IMG/VR virus record: IMGVR_UViG_3300030330_001326
Location: 1-25,787 of that record
Origin: a virus
Lineage: Duplodnaviria; Caudoviricetes
Reading direction: 5' to 3' (one strand)
DNA: 25,787 nt
This document shows, piece after piece, positions 15,669 through 24,671 of this stretch. The position numbers and the translations under genes were made by a program. Under the pieces are notes generated by a model. That model saw nothing but the letters and a program-made list of their open reading frames with translations. It was not told the DNA's origin and ran no database searches. Every line of letters starts with the position of its first letter. Positions within the stretch are counted from its first letter, which is position 1.

Positions 15669-16856
15669 ATGTCAGAAGAAAAAGCAGTAGACAATAAGTC
15701 TGAAAGTTTAAAAATCAAAAAGAAACCTAAAAAGTTAACCAATAAAACAAAACAGGTTACAAAGGTAGATTTATCTAAAAAAGAAGAAGATGCCGTTCAA
15801 GAGCCAACAACAACGAAAGTTGTGTTACAGTCTAATGAGCAAAGCGAAGAGACAGGGAAAGAGGGCGAAATGGAATTGCAAGAAGTGGGAGAAACACACA
15901 ACGAACAAGAAAAACCTACCGAAGAGGGTAAAAAAGAAGAAATAGATGTAATACAAGAGATTAAAGAACAAGATGTTAGTGAAACATCAGCTCTTGAAAA
16001 CATAAATAAAGATATTGAAAATAATCCACAATTAAATTTACCAGAGAATGTAGAAAGTTTAGTAAACTTTATGAATGAAACTGGAGGTACTATTGAAGAT
16101 TATATTCGACTAAATGCTGATTACTCTAATGTGAGTGATGATGCGTTACTAACAGAGTATTATAAGAATACTAAACCTCATCTTGATGCTGACGAAATCA
16201 AATTTATCATGGAAGATAACTTTGAATTTGACGAGGATTATGATGATGAAAAAGTTATACGTAAGAAAAAGCTTGCGTATAAAGAAGAAGTTGCAAAAGC
16301 CAAAAACTTTTTAGAAGATCTTAAAGGTAAGTATTATCAAGAGATTAAATCTCGACCTGGTACTACTCAAGAACAACAAAAAGCAATGGACTTTTTCAAT
16401 AGGTATAATGAGGATCAACAAAGAGCTAAACAAAATCATGAGGATTTTAAAGCTAAAACTAAAAACTTTTTTACAAACGAATTCAAAGGTTTTGATTTTA
16501 ATTTAGGTGAAAAGAAATTTAGATATAGCGTACAAAATCCAGGTGAAGTCGCAGATGTTCAAAGTGATATCAATAATTTCGTTAAGAGGTTCTTAAATGA
16601 AGATGGTAGAATAAACGATCATCAAGGTTATCATAAAGCTCTTTATGCTGCTCGCAACGCTGATACAATAGCTAGACATTTTTATGAGCAAGGCAAAGCC
16701 GATGCCACTAAAGATATAGCTGCTAAATCTAAAAATATAAGTAATGAGCCAAGAGTTACGTCTACTGGTGATGTTTATATTAATGGTTTAAAAGTAAAAG
16801 CAATAAGCGGTGTAGATAGTGACTCATTAAAACTAAGAATTAAAAAATCAAAATAA
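15669..16856 (+). CDS. Acidic capsid scaffolding-like protein (395 aa)
   Basis: Between portal and MCP; E/K/D-rich, disordered N-terminus, helical C-half. Confidence 0.7.
   Translation: MSEEKAVDNKSESLKIKKKPKKLTNKTKQVTKVDLSKKEEDAVQEPTTTKVVLQSNEQSEETGKEGEMELQEVGETHNEQEKPTEEGKKEEIDVIQEIKEQDVSETSALENINKDIENNPQLNLPENVESLVNFMNETGGTIEDYIRLNADYSNVSDDALLTEYYKNTKPHLDADEIKFIMEDNFEFDEDYDDEKVIRKKKLAYKEEVAKAKNFLEDLKGKYYQEIKSRPGTTQEQQKAMDFFNRYNEDQQRAKQNHEDFKAKTKNFFTNEFKGFDFNLGEKKFRYSVQNPGEVADVQSDINNFVKRFLNEDGRINDHQGYHKALYAARNADTIARHFYEQGKADATKDIAAKSKNISNEPRVTSTGDVYINGLKVKAISGVDSDSLKLRIKKSK
15790..15945 (+). CDS. Candidate overprinted 51-aa basic protein (MPFKSQQQRKLC...WEKHTTNKKNLPKRVKKKK) in scaffold +1 frame
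   Basis: Translated by hand; ATG in an A-rich context; resembles small phage proteins of the pattern MPFKS.AQR...W..HT...LP.RV; scaffold codons here are unusually G/C-ending. Confidence 0.6.
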   Translation: MPFKSQQQRKLCYSLMSKAKRQGKRAKWNCKKWEKHTTNKKNLPKRVKKKK

Positions 16857-16867
16857 AAACATAAATT

Positions 16868-18325
16868 ATGGGTTTTGTAAATGGTGGGTCTTTTCCCGCG
16901 TCTCTCGCTCCTGCTCAAAGTCAGGTAGCCTTAACGTCTAACTATTTAAGTTTTACGGATGCTGCTGGTGGAAACTTTGCGCAGCAATATTTACCTGAGC
17001 TTTATGAAGCTGAGGTTGAAAGATATGGTAACAGAACTGTATCTGCTTTCTTAAGAATGGTTGGTGCTGAAATGCCAATGACATCTGATCAAGTTGTTTG
17101 GTCTGAACAAAATAGATTACACGTTGCTTATGACGATTGTGCTGTAGCTAACGCTGGTGCTGACATCACGGTTAATATACCAGGTGGTACTGGTACTTCT
17201 ACTTTAGCTATTAGACAAAACCAAACTATTTTGGTTTCTAATGGAATATTAAGTGTACCATGTTTTGTTGACGTAGATACTTCAGCGTTAACAGGTGCTG
17301 CTATTACTTTTAGTGTTGAACCTTATACATCAACTGATTTAGTTGCTGCTGGTTTTGGTGCTACAGAAGCTGTTAAACTATTTGTTTACGGTTCTGAGTT
17401 TGCTAAAGGTACTAACGGTATGAATGGTGCTATTGAACCTGAGTTTACTCAATATAACAACAAACCAATTATCATCAAAGACAAATACGAAGTATCTGGT
17501 TCTGATGCTGCTCAAATTGGTTGGGTTGAGGTTGCAACTGAAGATGGTACAACTGGTTATTTCTGGTACTTAAAAGCTGAATCTGAAACTAGATTGAGAT
17601 TTGAAGATTATTTGGAAATGGCAATGGTTGAGTCTGAAAGAGCTACTAACGCTGCTTTAACAGGTGCTAATATTGAAGGTTCTGAAGGTATGTTTGCTGC
17701 TATTGAAAACAGAGGAAACGTTTATAACGATTTCGCTGGTGCTGCTGCTCCAGGTGGTTCTGGTTCAATGGCTGACTTTGACGATATCCTTAAACATTTG
17801 GACAAGCAAGGTGCTATAGAAGAAAACATGTTATTTTTATCAAGAAGAACAGCTCTTGATTTTGACGATATGATTGGTGCTATGGCAGGTGGAGGTTATG
17901 CCTCTGCTCAAGCTGCTTCTTACGGTTTATTCGATAACGAAGCTGAAATGGCGTTAAACTTTGGTTTCTCTGGTTTTAGAAGAGGTTCTTATGACTTCTA
18001 CAAAACTGATTGGAAATATCTTAACGATGCTTCTACAAGAGGTTTAACTGAGGATATTGATGGTGTTTTAGTTCCTGCTGGAACTTCAACTGTTTACGAT
18101 CAAATTCTTGGTTCAAACATTAGGCGTCCTTTCTTACACGTAAGATATAGAGCTTCTCAAGCAGATGATAGAAGAATGAAGTCTTGGATCACTGGTTCTG
18201 TTGGTGGTGCATACACTTCTGATCTTGATGCTATGGAAGTACATTTCTTATCTGAAAGATGTTTATGTGTACAAGCGGCTAACAACTTCGTATTGTTCAA
18301 GTCAACTGTATTACCTTCTCCTTAA
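16868..18325 (+). CDS. Major capsid protein (485 aa)
   Basis: Position after portal and scaffold; strongly biased high-expression codons (GCT/GGT/TCT); followed by a terminator. Confidence 0.9.
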   Translation: MGFVNGGSFPASLAPAQSQVALTSNYLSFTDAAGGNFAQQYLPELYEAEVERYGNRTVSAFLRMVGAEMPMTSDQVVWSEQNRLHVAYDDCAVANAGADITVNIPGGTGTSTLAIRQNQTILVSNGILSVPCFVDVDTSALTGAAITFSVEPYTSTDLVAAGFGATEAVKLFVYGSEFAKGTNGMNGAIEPEFTQYNNKPIIIKDKYEVSGSDAAQIGWVEVATEDGTTGYFWYLKAESETRLRFEDYLEMAMVESERATNAALTGANIEGSEGMFAAIENRGNVYNDFAGAAAPGGSGSMADFDDILKHLDKQGAIEENMLFLSRRTALDFDDMIGAMAGGGYASAQAASYGLFDNEAEMALNFGFSGFRRGSYDFYKTDWKYLNDASTRGLTEDIDGVLVPAGTSTVYDQILGSNIRRPFLHVRYRASQADDRRMKSWITGSVGGAYTSDLDAMEVHFLSERCLCVQAANNFVLFKSTVLPSP

Positions 18326-18338
18326 TAATAACTAATTT

Positions 18339-18366
18339 AGCAGGGTGGTTCGCTACCCTGCTTTTT
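18339..18366 (+). terminator. Rho-independent terminator after MCP
   Basis: AGCAGGGTGG-TTCG-CTACCCTGCT stem-loop plus T-run. Confidence 0.85.
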
Positions 18367-18390
18367 ATAAATCTTTAAAAATAAGAAATT

Positions 18391-18660
18391 ATGGGATACG
18401 TTAAAATAAAAAAAGCTAGTGGTTATGATTTAGTATCTGCTGACAACGTTAAATCGGTTAAGTTGGTAAGCCTAGAAGAGGGTGATCGCATCGAGGTGGC
18501 GTATATAGGAGGTGGTGATACTTCAAATATTGCTGGTGCTTCAGATTTTGTTCAAGCAGATGTTGACAAAATTATAGCTGCTATTGATATCATAAATGGT
18601 GCGTCTGGACCTGGTATTTATCCAGAAGACTTGAGCCAATTAGCCACATCAGTAGGTTAA
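18391..18660 (+). CDS. Small protein after MCP, possible capsid accessory (89 aa)
   Basis: ORF bracketed by two terminators; positional inference. Confidence 0.7.
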   Translation: MGYVKIKKASGYDLVSADNVKSVKLVSLEEGDRIEVAYIGGGDTSNIAGASDFVQADVDKIIAAIDIINGASGPGIYPEDLSQLATSVG

Positions 18661-18671
18661 TAAAAACTACT

Positions 18672-18703
18672 TAAGATCCCACTTCGGTGGGGTCTTATTT
18701 TTT
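18672..18703 (+). terminator. Rho-independent terminator
   Basis: TAAGATCCCAC-TTCG-GTGGGGTCTTA plus T6. Confidence 0.88.
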
Positions 18704-18722
18704 AATTATATTATATTATATC

Positions 18723-19499
18723 ATGGAAGAAACAAAAACAAAATCTCCTAAAGTAAAAAAAGATACTTGGGAGTACAAAGATAGATATTACTATCTAATT
18801 AATGGAAAATCTCCATTAACATTTACTATATCATCTAGGCATTCATCTAGAAAGCCTTTACTTTATTTTGATGAAGAAAAAGGTTATAACAGAGAACTTA
18901 GATACGCAACAAATCAAAAATCTCCATTTGTTGACGAGCAAGACGGATCAGTAACTCTTGGTCGTATAGTATTTCAAGATGGTACTTTATTTGTACCTAA
19001 GTCAAATATTCAACTCCAAAAATTATTATCACTATATCATCCAAATAGAAATAAACTATATAGGGAAAGAGATGAGGTAGTTGAAGCTACAGATGAACTT
19101 GATTGGTTATATTTAGAAGCTGACGCTATGAACGCAGCTATGAATATGGATGTTGATCAAGCTGAAGCAATACTAAGAGTTGAGGTTGGTACTAAAGTCG
19201 GAGATTTAAGTTCTAAGGAACTAAAAAGAGATTTAGTGATATTTGCTAAAAGAAATCCAGGTTTATTCTTGGAATTAGCTAATGATGAAAATGTTGAGTT
19301 AAGAAACTTAGCAATCGTAGCTACTGAAGCAAATATTATAAAGTTATCACCAGATCAAAGAACATTTAATTGGGCAAGTAATGGTAAAAAGTTAATGACT
19401 ATACCGTTTGATGAAAATCCATTCTCAGCAATGGCAGCTTTCTTCAAGACAGATGAAGGTGTAGAAGTTTTCAAGTCTATACAGAAAAAGCTCAAATAA
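18723..19499 (+). CDS. Hypothetical protein of the head module (258 aa from MEETK)
   Basis: Start reassigned to ATG 18723 (A/T-rich leader); the track's start at 18687 lies inside the terminator stem. Confidence 0.8.
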   Translation: MEETKTKSPKVKKDTWEYKDRYYYLINGKSPLTFTISSRHSSRKPLLYFDEEKGYNRELRYATNQKSPFVDEQDGSVTLGRIVFQDGTLFVPKSNIQLQKLLSLYHPNRNKLYRERDEVVEATDELDWLYLEADAMNAAMNMDVDQAEAILRVEVGTKVGDLSSKELKRDLVIFAKRNPGLFLELANDENVELRNLAIVATEANIIKLSPDQRTFNWASNGKKLMTIPFDENPFSAMAAFFKTDEGVEVFKSIQKKLK

Positions 19500-19514
19500 T
19501 ATGTAACTATATAT

Positions 19515-19543
19515 AAGGCGGCAATTACGCCGCCTTTTTTTTT
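19515..19543 (+). terminator. Rho-independent terminator
   Basis: AAGGCGGC-AATTAC-GCCGCCTT continuing into a T-run. Confidence 0.85.
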
Positions 19544-19554
19544 AAACTATTATT

Positions 19555-20298
19555 ATGGCAATAAGCGTAGACGATGTATATAAGACCGTATTGCTAATAT
19601 TAAACAAAGAGCAAAGAGGTTATATAACACCTGCTGAGTTTAATAAATTAGCTACACAAGTACAGTTAGAAATATTTGAAAACTATTTTCAATATGAAAA
19701 TAAGCAATATCGTATACCTGACAACGAGTCTGAGTATAGCGATAGGTATAAAAACGTGGATGAAAAAATTGCCATATTCAAAGAAACATCACCAACAGCT
19801 ACTAGCCCAGTCAATATCACGACAACAATAAACCCAACGGGTAACGAATTTTATAAGTTAGGTACAGTTATATATAATAATAATACTGAAGTGCAAAAAG
19901 TGCAACCTAACGATCTATTATATGTTAACAACTCTCCGTTAACAGCTCCTACATCTAAATATCCATTATACACTTTAACTAATGGGGTGATAACTACTTC
20001 ACCACAGCTTAGTGATATTACGTTTACTTATCTTAGAAAACCTAAAGATGTTGTTTGGGCTTATTACATAGATAACGCTACTGGTGGATATCTTTGGGAT
20101 GGTAATGGTGTACCACCTCTCCCACATACTGGCCCTTTCCCAGCTAGTGGATCTCAAGATTTTGAACTACATGAAACAGAACAAACTGAACTTGTTATAA
20201 AAATATTAATGTACAGTGGTGTAATAATACGTGATCCGCAGGTAGTTCAAACAGCTGCTGGCATGGATCAACAAGAAACAGCACAAGAAAACTCTTAA
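19555..20298 (+). CDS. Tail ring/head-tail connector protein (247 aa)
   Basis: LNKEQRGYITPAEFN..A..VQ..IF and TYLRKP motifs resembling crAss-like ring proteins; position. Confidence 0.65.
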   Translation: MAISVDDVYKTVLLILNKEQRGYITPAEFNKLATQVQLEIFENYFQYENKQYRIPDNESEYSDRYKNVDEKIAIFKETSPTATSPVNITTTINPTGNEFYKLGTVIYNNNTEVQKVQPNDLLYVNNSPLTAPTSKYPLYTLTNGVITTSPQLSDITFTYLRKPKDVVWAYYIDNATGGYLWDGNGVPPLPHTGPFPASGSQDFELHETEQTELVIKILMYSGVIIRDPQVVQTAAGMDQQETAQENS

Positions 20299-20301
20299 TA
20301 A

Positions 20302-21420
20302 ATGGCACTACTAACAGAATCAAACGCTCAATACTATTCAGGACAAAAAAGTTTTGTTGCTCAATTTACAGCACCATTTCAAGACTTTGATTGTAGTGAT
20401 TTTAATACTACACTTTTAGATACTGTAGCTAATGTAAGTAATACTAACTACTCTGTAACAGTTGATAACGTACTACTTAATCCTAGTGATTACAGTTTAA
20501 ACGGTGAAAATATAGTTAATATATCAATCATTGTTAATGCTAATAGTATAGTCGTTGTACAATTAAACCAACCTGCAATAAACAATAATTATGGAAGTTA
20601 TGAGTATATATCTTTACACGATATTATCAATAACTTTATTGTTGCTTATATAGGTAAAGATAAATTAATACCTGACGCTAAAAGAACAGATGTTATGTTT
20701 CACGCTAAGCGTGGATTACAAGAGTTTAGTTACGATACACTAAAAAGCATTAAATCTCAAGAATTAACTATACCACCAAGTTTATCTGTGGTTATACCAC
20801 AAGATTACGTTAATTATGTTAAGTGTTCTTGGGTTGACTCTGTTGGAGCTAAGCATATTATATATCCAACTAGAGTAACATCTAATCCTACAGAATTACC
20901 TATACAAGATAGTGAAGGTATACCTACACAAGACAACCTAGAAGAAAATTTAGAAGCACAACAATCACTAACTGAAGAAAGATGGCAAGCTCAAGACAAT
21001 ACGTTATATAGTGATTTTGATGATTATAGATTACCAGAAGGTCAATGGAACTTTGGGCAAAGATATGGGCTGCAGCCAGAAGAAGCTCAGATAAATGGTA
21101 AATTTACTATAAACGAAAGACTTGGTAAAATGTCTTTTAGCAGTGATCTTGCTGGTAAGCTAATTATACTTGAATATATATCAGATGGTTTAGCCGTAGA
21201 TGAAGATATGAAAATACCTAAGTTTGCAGAGCAAGCTATGTACATGCATATAGCTCATGCTATACTTTCAACTAGAATAAACATACCTGAATATATAGTA
21301 CAAAGATTTAAAAGAGACAGAAGAGCTGCACTTAGAAACGCTAAGATTAGATTATCTAATATTAAGATAGAGGAAATAGCACAAGTATTCAGAAATAAAT
21401 CTAAAATAATTAAACACTAA
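20302..21420 (+). CDS. Tail ring/tubular structural protein with N-terminal Ig-like extension (372 aa)
   Basis: AKRGLQEF, IPQDYVNYV, ILEYISDG motifs; upstream of the stabilisation protein. Confidence 0.65.
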   Translation: MALLTESNAQYYSGQKSFVAQFTAPFQDFDCSDFNTTLLDTVANVSNTNYSVTVDNVLLNPSDYSLNGENIVNISIIVNANSIVVVQLNQPAINNNYGSYEYISLHDIINNFIVAYIGKDKLIPDAKRTDVMFHAKRGLQEFSYDTLKSIKSQELTIPPSLSVVIPQDYVNYVKCSWVDSVGAKHIIYPTRVTSNPTELPIQDSEGIPTQDNLEENLEAQQSLTEERWQAQDNTLYSDFDDYRLPEGQWNFGQRYGLQPEEAQINGKFTINERLGKMSFSSDLAGKLIILEYISDGLAVDEDMKIPKFAEQAMYMHIAHAILSTRINIPEYIVQRFKRDRRAALRNAKIRLSNIKIEEIAQVFRNKSKIIKH

Positions 21421-24400
21421 TGCCAGAAGTTAAAAATAATTTCCTCAAGTCTAAGATGAATAAAGACTTAGATGCGAGGATATTACCTAACGGTGAATAT
21501 AGAGATGCTCAGAACGTTAACGTAAGTAAGTCTGAAGGTGAAGATGTTGGATCATTAGAAAATGTTTTAGGTAACGTTTTACTTAGTGATTTCGGTTTAA
21601 GTGATGAGTGTGGTCTAGAGATTATAGGTAAATATATGGATGTTGATAACAATCGTATATTTGCTATGTTAACTAACTATACAGATACGTCAGCAGATAA
21701 GTTAAGTAATCATACTTTAGTTGTTGCGGGCGGACCAACGTCTAGCCACATAAAATGTTATATTTGTGTTTATGATATTACTACCGACACTGGTTCAGTA
21801 ATGGTTAATGGAGTATTTTTAAATTTTTCTAAAACACATCAAATATACGGTATAGATCTCATAGAGGATCAATTATTTTGGACTGACAACAGAAATCAAC
21901 CTAGAAAAATAAATGTTACTACAGCAATAAAAAATCCAAGCTATTATCACGCTGAAGAACACATATCTGTTGCAAAATATGCTCCTTTTCTACCTATTCA
22001 ATTTGTTACTGGTGGTGGTATAAGCACTATGCTAGACACTGTTAGGGAATTTTTACCTGATGGCACTACAGCAAATCCAACTAAAGTTCCCAATTGGGAT
22101 GGTGATGAAGATTTTTTAGAGGATAAATTTGTTAGGTTTAGTTACAGATTAAAGTTTGATGACAACGAATATTCTTTAATCGCGCCATTTAGTCAAGTGG
22201 CTTTTATACCTAAAGAAGATGGTTATTTTATAAGAAGAGGTGATGGTGTTACTAAAGTTATTGACAAAGATAATTTATCTTCCACTTATAGATCCACTGA
22301 AGTTTCCTTCATGGAAAACAAAGTTACGCAAATTGGTATTAAAATACCAGAAATAACTAACGGTGTAAATAATCCTTCAAATCCATTAAGTTTAAAAGGC
22401 TGGTCCAACGTTATAGATGATTTTAAAGTAAAGCAAGTTGAAATACTTTATAAAGAATCTGACTCAAACGCTATTAAAGTAATAGAAACAATAGATGCTG
22501 TTGATTTAACAAAATCTTCCACGAAGTTAATTGATTCTTTTGGAAATTTAAATTATATATATAAAGGTTCTAAGCCGATAAAAACAATTCCTAACAGCCA
22601 AACAGTAAGAGCTTCTGATAAAACACCTGTAAAAGCTTTAGCGCAATCAATTAGTGGTAATAGAGTCATATACGGTAATTACCAAGACAAGCATTCATAT
22701 CCCTCATCTTTAAATTATCAAGCGAATGTTGTAGACAAAACCTATAGCGACGCTATAGAATATCCTAATCACACATTAAAACAAAATAGATCTTATGATG
22801 TTGGTATTATACTATCAGATATGTATGGTAGACAATCTGGTGTTATATCAGCTTCAAACGAAGGTTTCTCAAGCGTGTTTAATAACTACAAGGAGAGTGG
22901 CTTTTCTGAGGTTTCTCCTTTAGGTGATATAACTACTTGGGTTGGAGATATGTTATCTGTTGACTTTTTTGAAAAAATACCTGAAGTTTCTAATTTACAA
23001 AATTATCCTGGAGTACATAGGTTTGATAATCCTTTAGGTTGGTTTAGTTACAAAATAGTTATACAACAAAAACAGCAAGAGTATTACAACATTTATTTTC
23101 CAGGTGTTTTGAACGGTTATGTTTTTGAAAGTCCACCTCCACCACCAACTGTTTTAGTAGAAGCATCTACTACTGTAAATCCAACTTGCCACATAGTTAT
23201 ACATGGTGATAATATAAATAAAATACCAAGAGATTTAAAGGAAGTTGGACCTCAACAAAAATTATTTAGAACAGGCAAGAAGAAACCTGATCAATCACAA
23301 GATGATTTTGTTGCACAAATTTTTGATCTTGAGTTTCAAGCTGGAAACTTAATAGCTAGTAATATTAATACCAATGCTCAAACCGCTCAAAACTTACTAA
23401 CACAAGTTGATGTTTTAACAGATCAAAGAGCACAGTTATTAAGAGATTTAGCTAGACAAAATGTTACTAGAGAAACAACTGAGAACTCAAGCGTACAGCT
23501 TTATGGTAGAGTTACTAACTTTAATTACACTTCAACTCAAGCTAGTGGTACTGTATCTGGATTAAGAAATAGTAGACAATTTTATCCTTATACTACAAAT
23601 GGAACACTAAAAGACGAAGTTGTTACAATAGCTAAACTAACAGACTTAGGTCTATTAGCTGGAGACGCTACCGGTTGGGCTTTAGATGGAGACACAACAG
23701 ATCCTTTAGTCGGTAAATTAATAGTTGAAGATATAACAATAGGTGCTACAGCTACTAATGGAGCTGGCAATATGTTGCCTACTATATCTATATATGAAAC
23801 CGAACCATTTGAATCGCAGATAGATATATATTGGGAAACTACGACAACCGGTGTAGTATCTGATTTAAATCAAGACATAGAAGATAATACCACTGAAACG
23901 GTTAACTTTTTTAAATCAAGTCTTTCACCATATCCTATATGGTACTTTGATTTGTTTAACAATGGTGTGTCTGAAAGTGTTGATCCAATATCATCTCCTT
24001 TTAATATAATATATCAAGATGGAGTTATCGGTGCTTATAATCAAGTTACACCAACTTTACCCGCTGGTACACCTCCAGACATTAGCACTTATCCTCCTGG
24101 TAGCATTTCTTTAGTAGAAGTTAGAGATGGAAATGGTTCTCTAGTAACAAACAAATTTGATATGGTAGTTGGAGATTCTGGTGTTGGTCCAAATTATTCT
24201 TATTATAAAATTAGATTAATAGATTATTTAACTTTCGATGCTGATCAAAATAAAAATCAATTTTACTTTGACATCGAGGTAATAGAAGAATTAACGTTGG
24301 TAGTTAGTACGCAAACTATTGGTCCTTTTACAATATTAAATGCTAAACCATCTTGGTTACCTTCGTTTCCAACGTTAGGTACTGGTTCTACAAGTGGTGG

Positions 24401-24671
24401 CAATATAACATTTAACTCTCTACCTAAAGCTGTTAATGGCAGTGCTGATCCAGTGAATAACACTAGTGGTTTAACATTTATAGTAGAATCTCAAACAGAC
24501 TCATTAGCAAATCCAGTAAACTATTTCTATACTACACCATCTGGAATTAATGGACAAGTCGCACTAGCAAATAATCCAGCTCCTCAAGATAGCTATGAAA
24601 TAACATTTAGAGTTATAGACGCTGGCAACGCTAGCGCTGTATCGTCAACAGTAACAGTAAATATATCATAA
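21420..24671 (+). CDS. Tail stabilisation/muzzle protein, N-terminal part (P22 gp10-like; 1083 aa)
   Basis: MNKDLD.R.LPNGEYRDA.NV start, LFWTDNRNQPRKIN, RFSYR.K..DNEYS, GNRVIYGNY; C-terminal cadherin/Ig-like strands. Confidence 0.75.
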   Translation: MPEVKNNFLKSKMNKDLDARILPNGEYRDAQNVNVSKSEGEDVGSLENVLGNVLLSDFGLSDECGLEIIGKYMDVDNNRIFAMLTNYTDTSADKLSNHTLVVAGGPTSSHIKCYICVYDITTDTGSVMVNGVFLNFSKTHQIYGIDLIEDQLFWTDNRNQPRKINVTTAIKNPSYYHAEEHISVAKYAPFLPIQFVTGGGISTMLDTVREFLPDGTTANPTKVPNWDGDEDFLEDKFVRFSYRLKFDDNEYSLIAPFSQVAFIPKEDGYFIRRGDGVTKVIDKDNLSSTYRSTEVSFMENKVTQIGIKIPEITNGVNNPSNPLSLKGWSNVIDDFKVKQVEILYKESDSNAIKVIETIDAVDLTKSSTKLIDSFGNLNYIYKGSKPIKTIPNSQTVRASDKTPVKALAQSISGNRVIYGNYQDKHSYPSSLNYQANVVDKTYSDAIEYPNHTLKQNRSYDVGIILSDMYGRQSGVISASNEGFSSVFNNYKESGFSEVSPLGDITTWVGDMLSVDFFEKIPEVSNLQNYPGVHRFDNPLGWFSYKIVIQQKQQEYYNIYFPGVLNGYVFESPPPPPTVLVEASTTVNPTCHIVIHGDNINKIPRDLKEVGPQQKLFRTGKKKPDQSQDDFVAQIFDLEFQAGNLIASNINTNAQTAQNLLTQVDVLTDQRAQLLRDLARQNVTRETTENSSVQLYGRVTNFNYTSTQASGTVSGLRNSRQFYPYTTNGTLKDEVVTIAKLTDLGLLAGDATGWALDGDTTDPLVGKLIVEDITIGATATNGAGNMLPTISIYETEPFESQIDIYWETTTTGVVSDLNQDIEDNTTETVNFFKSSLSPYPIWYFDLFNNGVSESVDPISSPFNIIYQDGVIGAYNQVTPTLPAGTPPDISTYPPGSISLVEVRDGNGSLVTNKFDMVVGDSGVGPNYSYYKIRLIDYLTFDADQNKNQFYFDIEVIEELTLVVSTQTIGPFTILNAKPSWLPSFPTLGTGSTSGGNITFNSLPKAVNGSADPVNNTSGLTFIVESQTDSLANPVNYFYTTPSGINGQVALANNPAPQDSYEITFRVIDAGNASAVSSTVTVNIS

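Noticed and set aside
18687-18722. Upstream start for the 270-aa ORF
   Set aside because: The GTG lies inside the terminator stem; ATG 18723 has the typical A/T-rich leader
990-24463. Minus-strand ORFs antisense to the late genes (e.g. 1929-2156, 2908-3186, 4476-4802, 7438-7743, 15797-16003)
   Set aside because: Shadow ORFs with S/F/L/I-rich composition expected from the sense-strand codon bias; no independent starts or motifs
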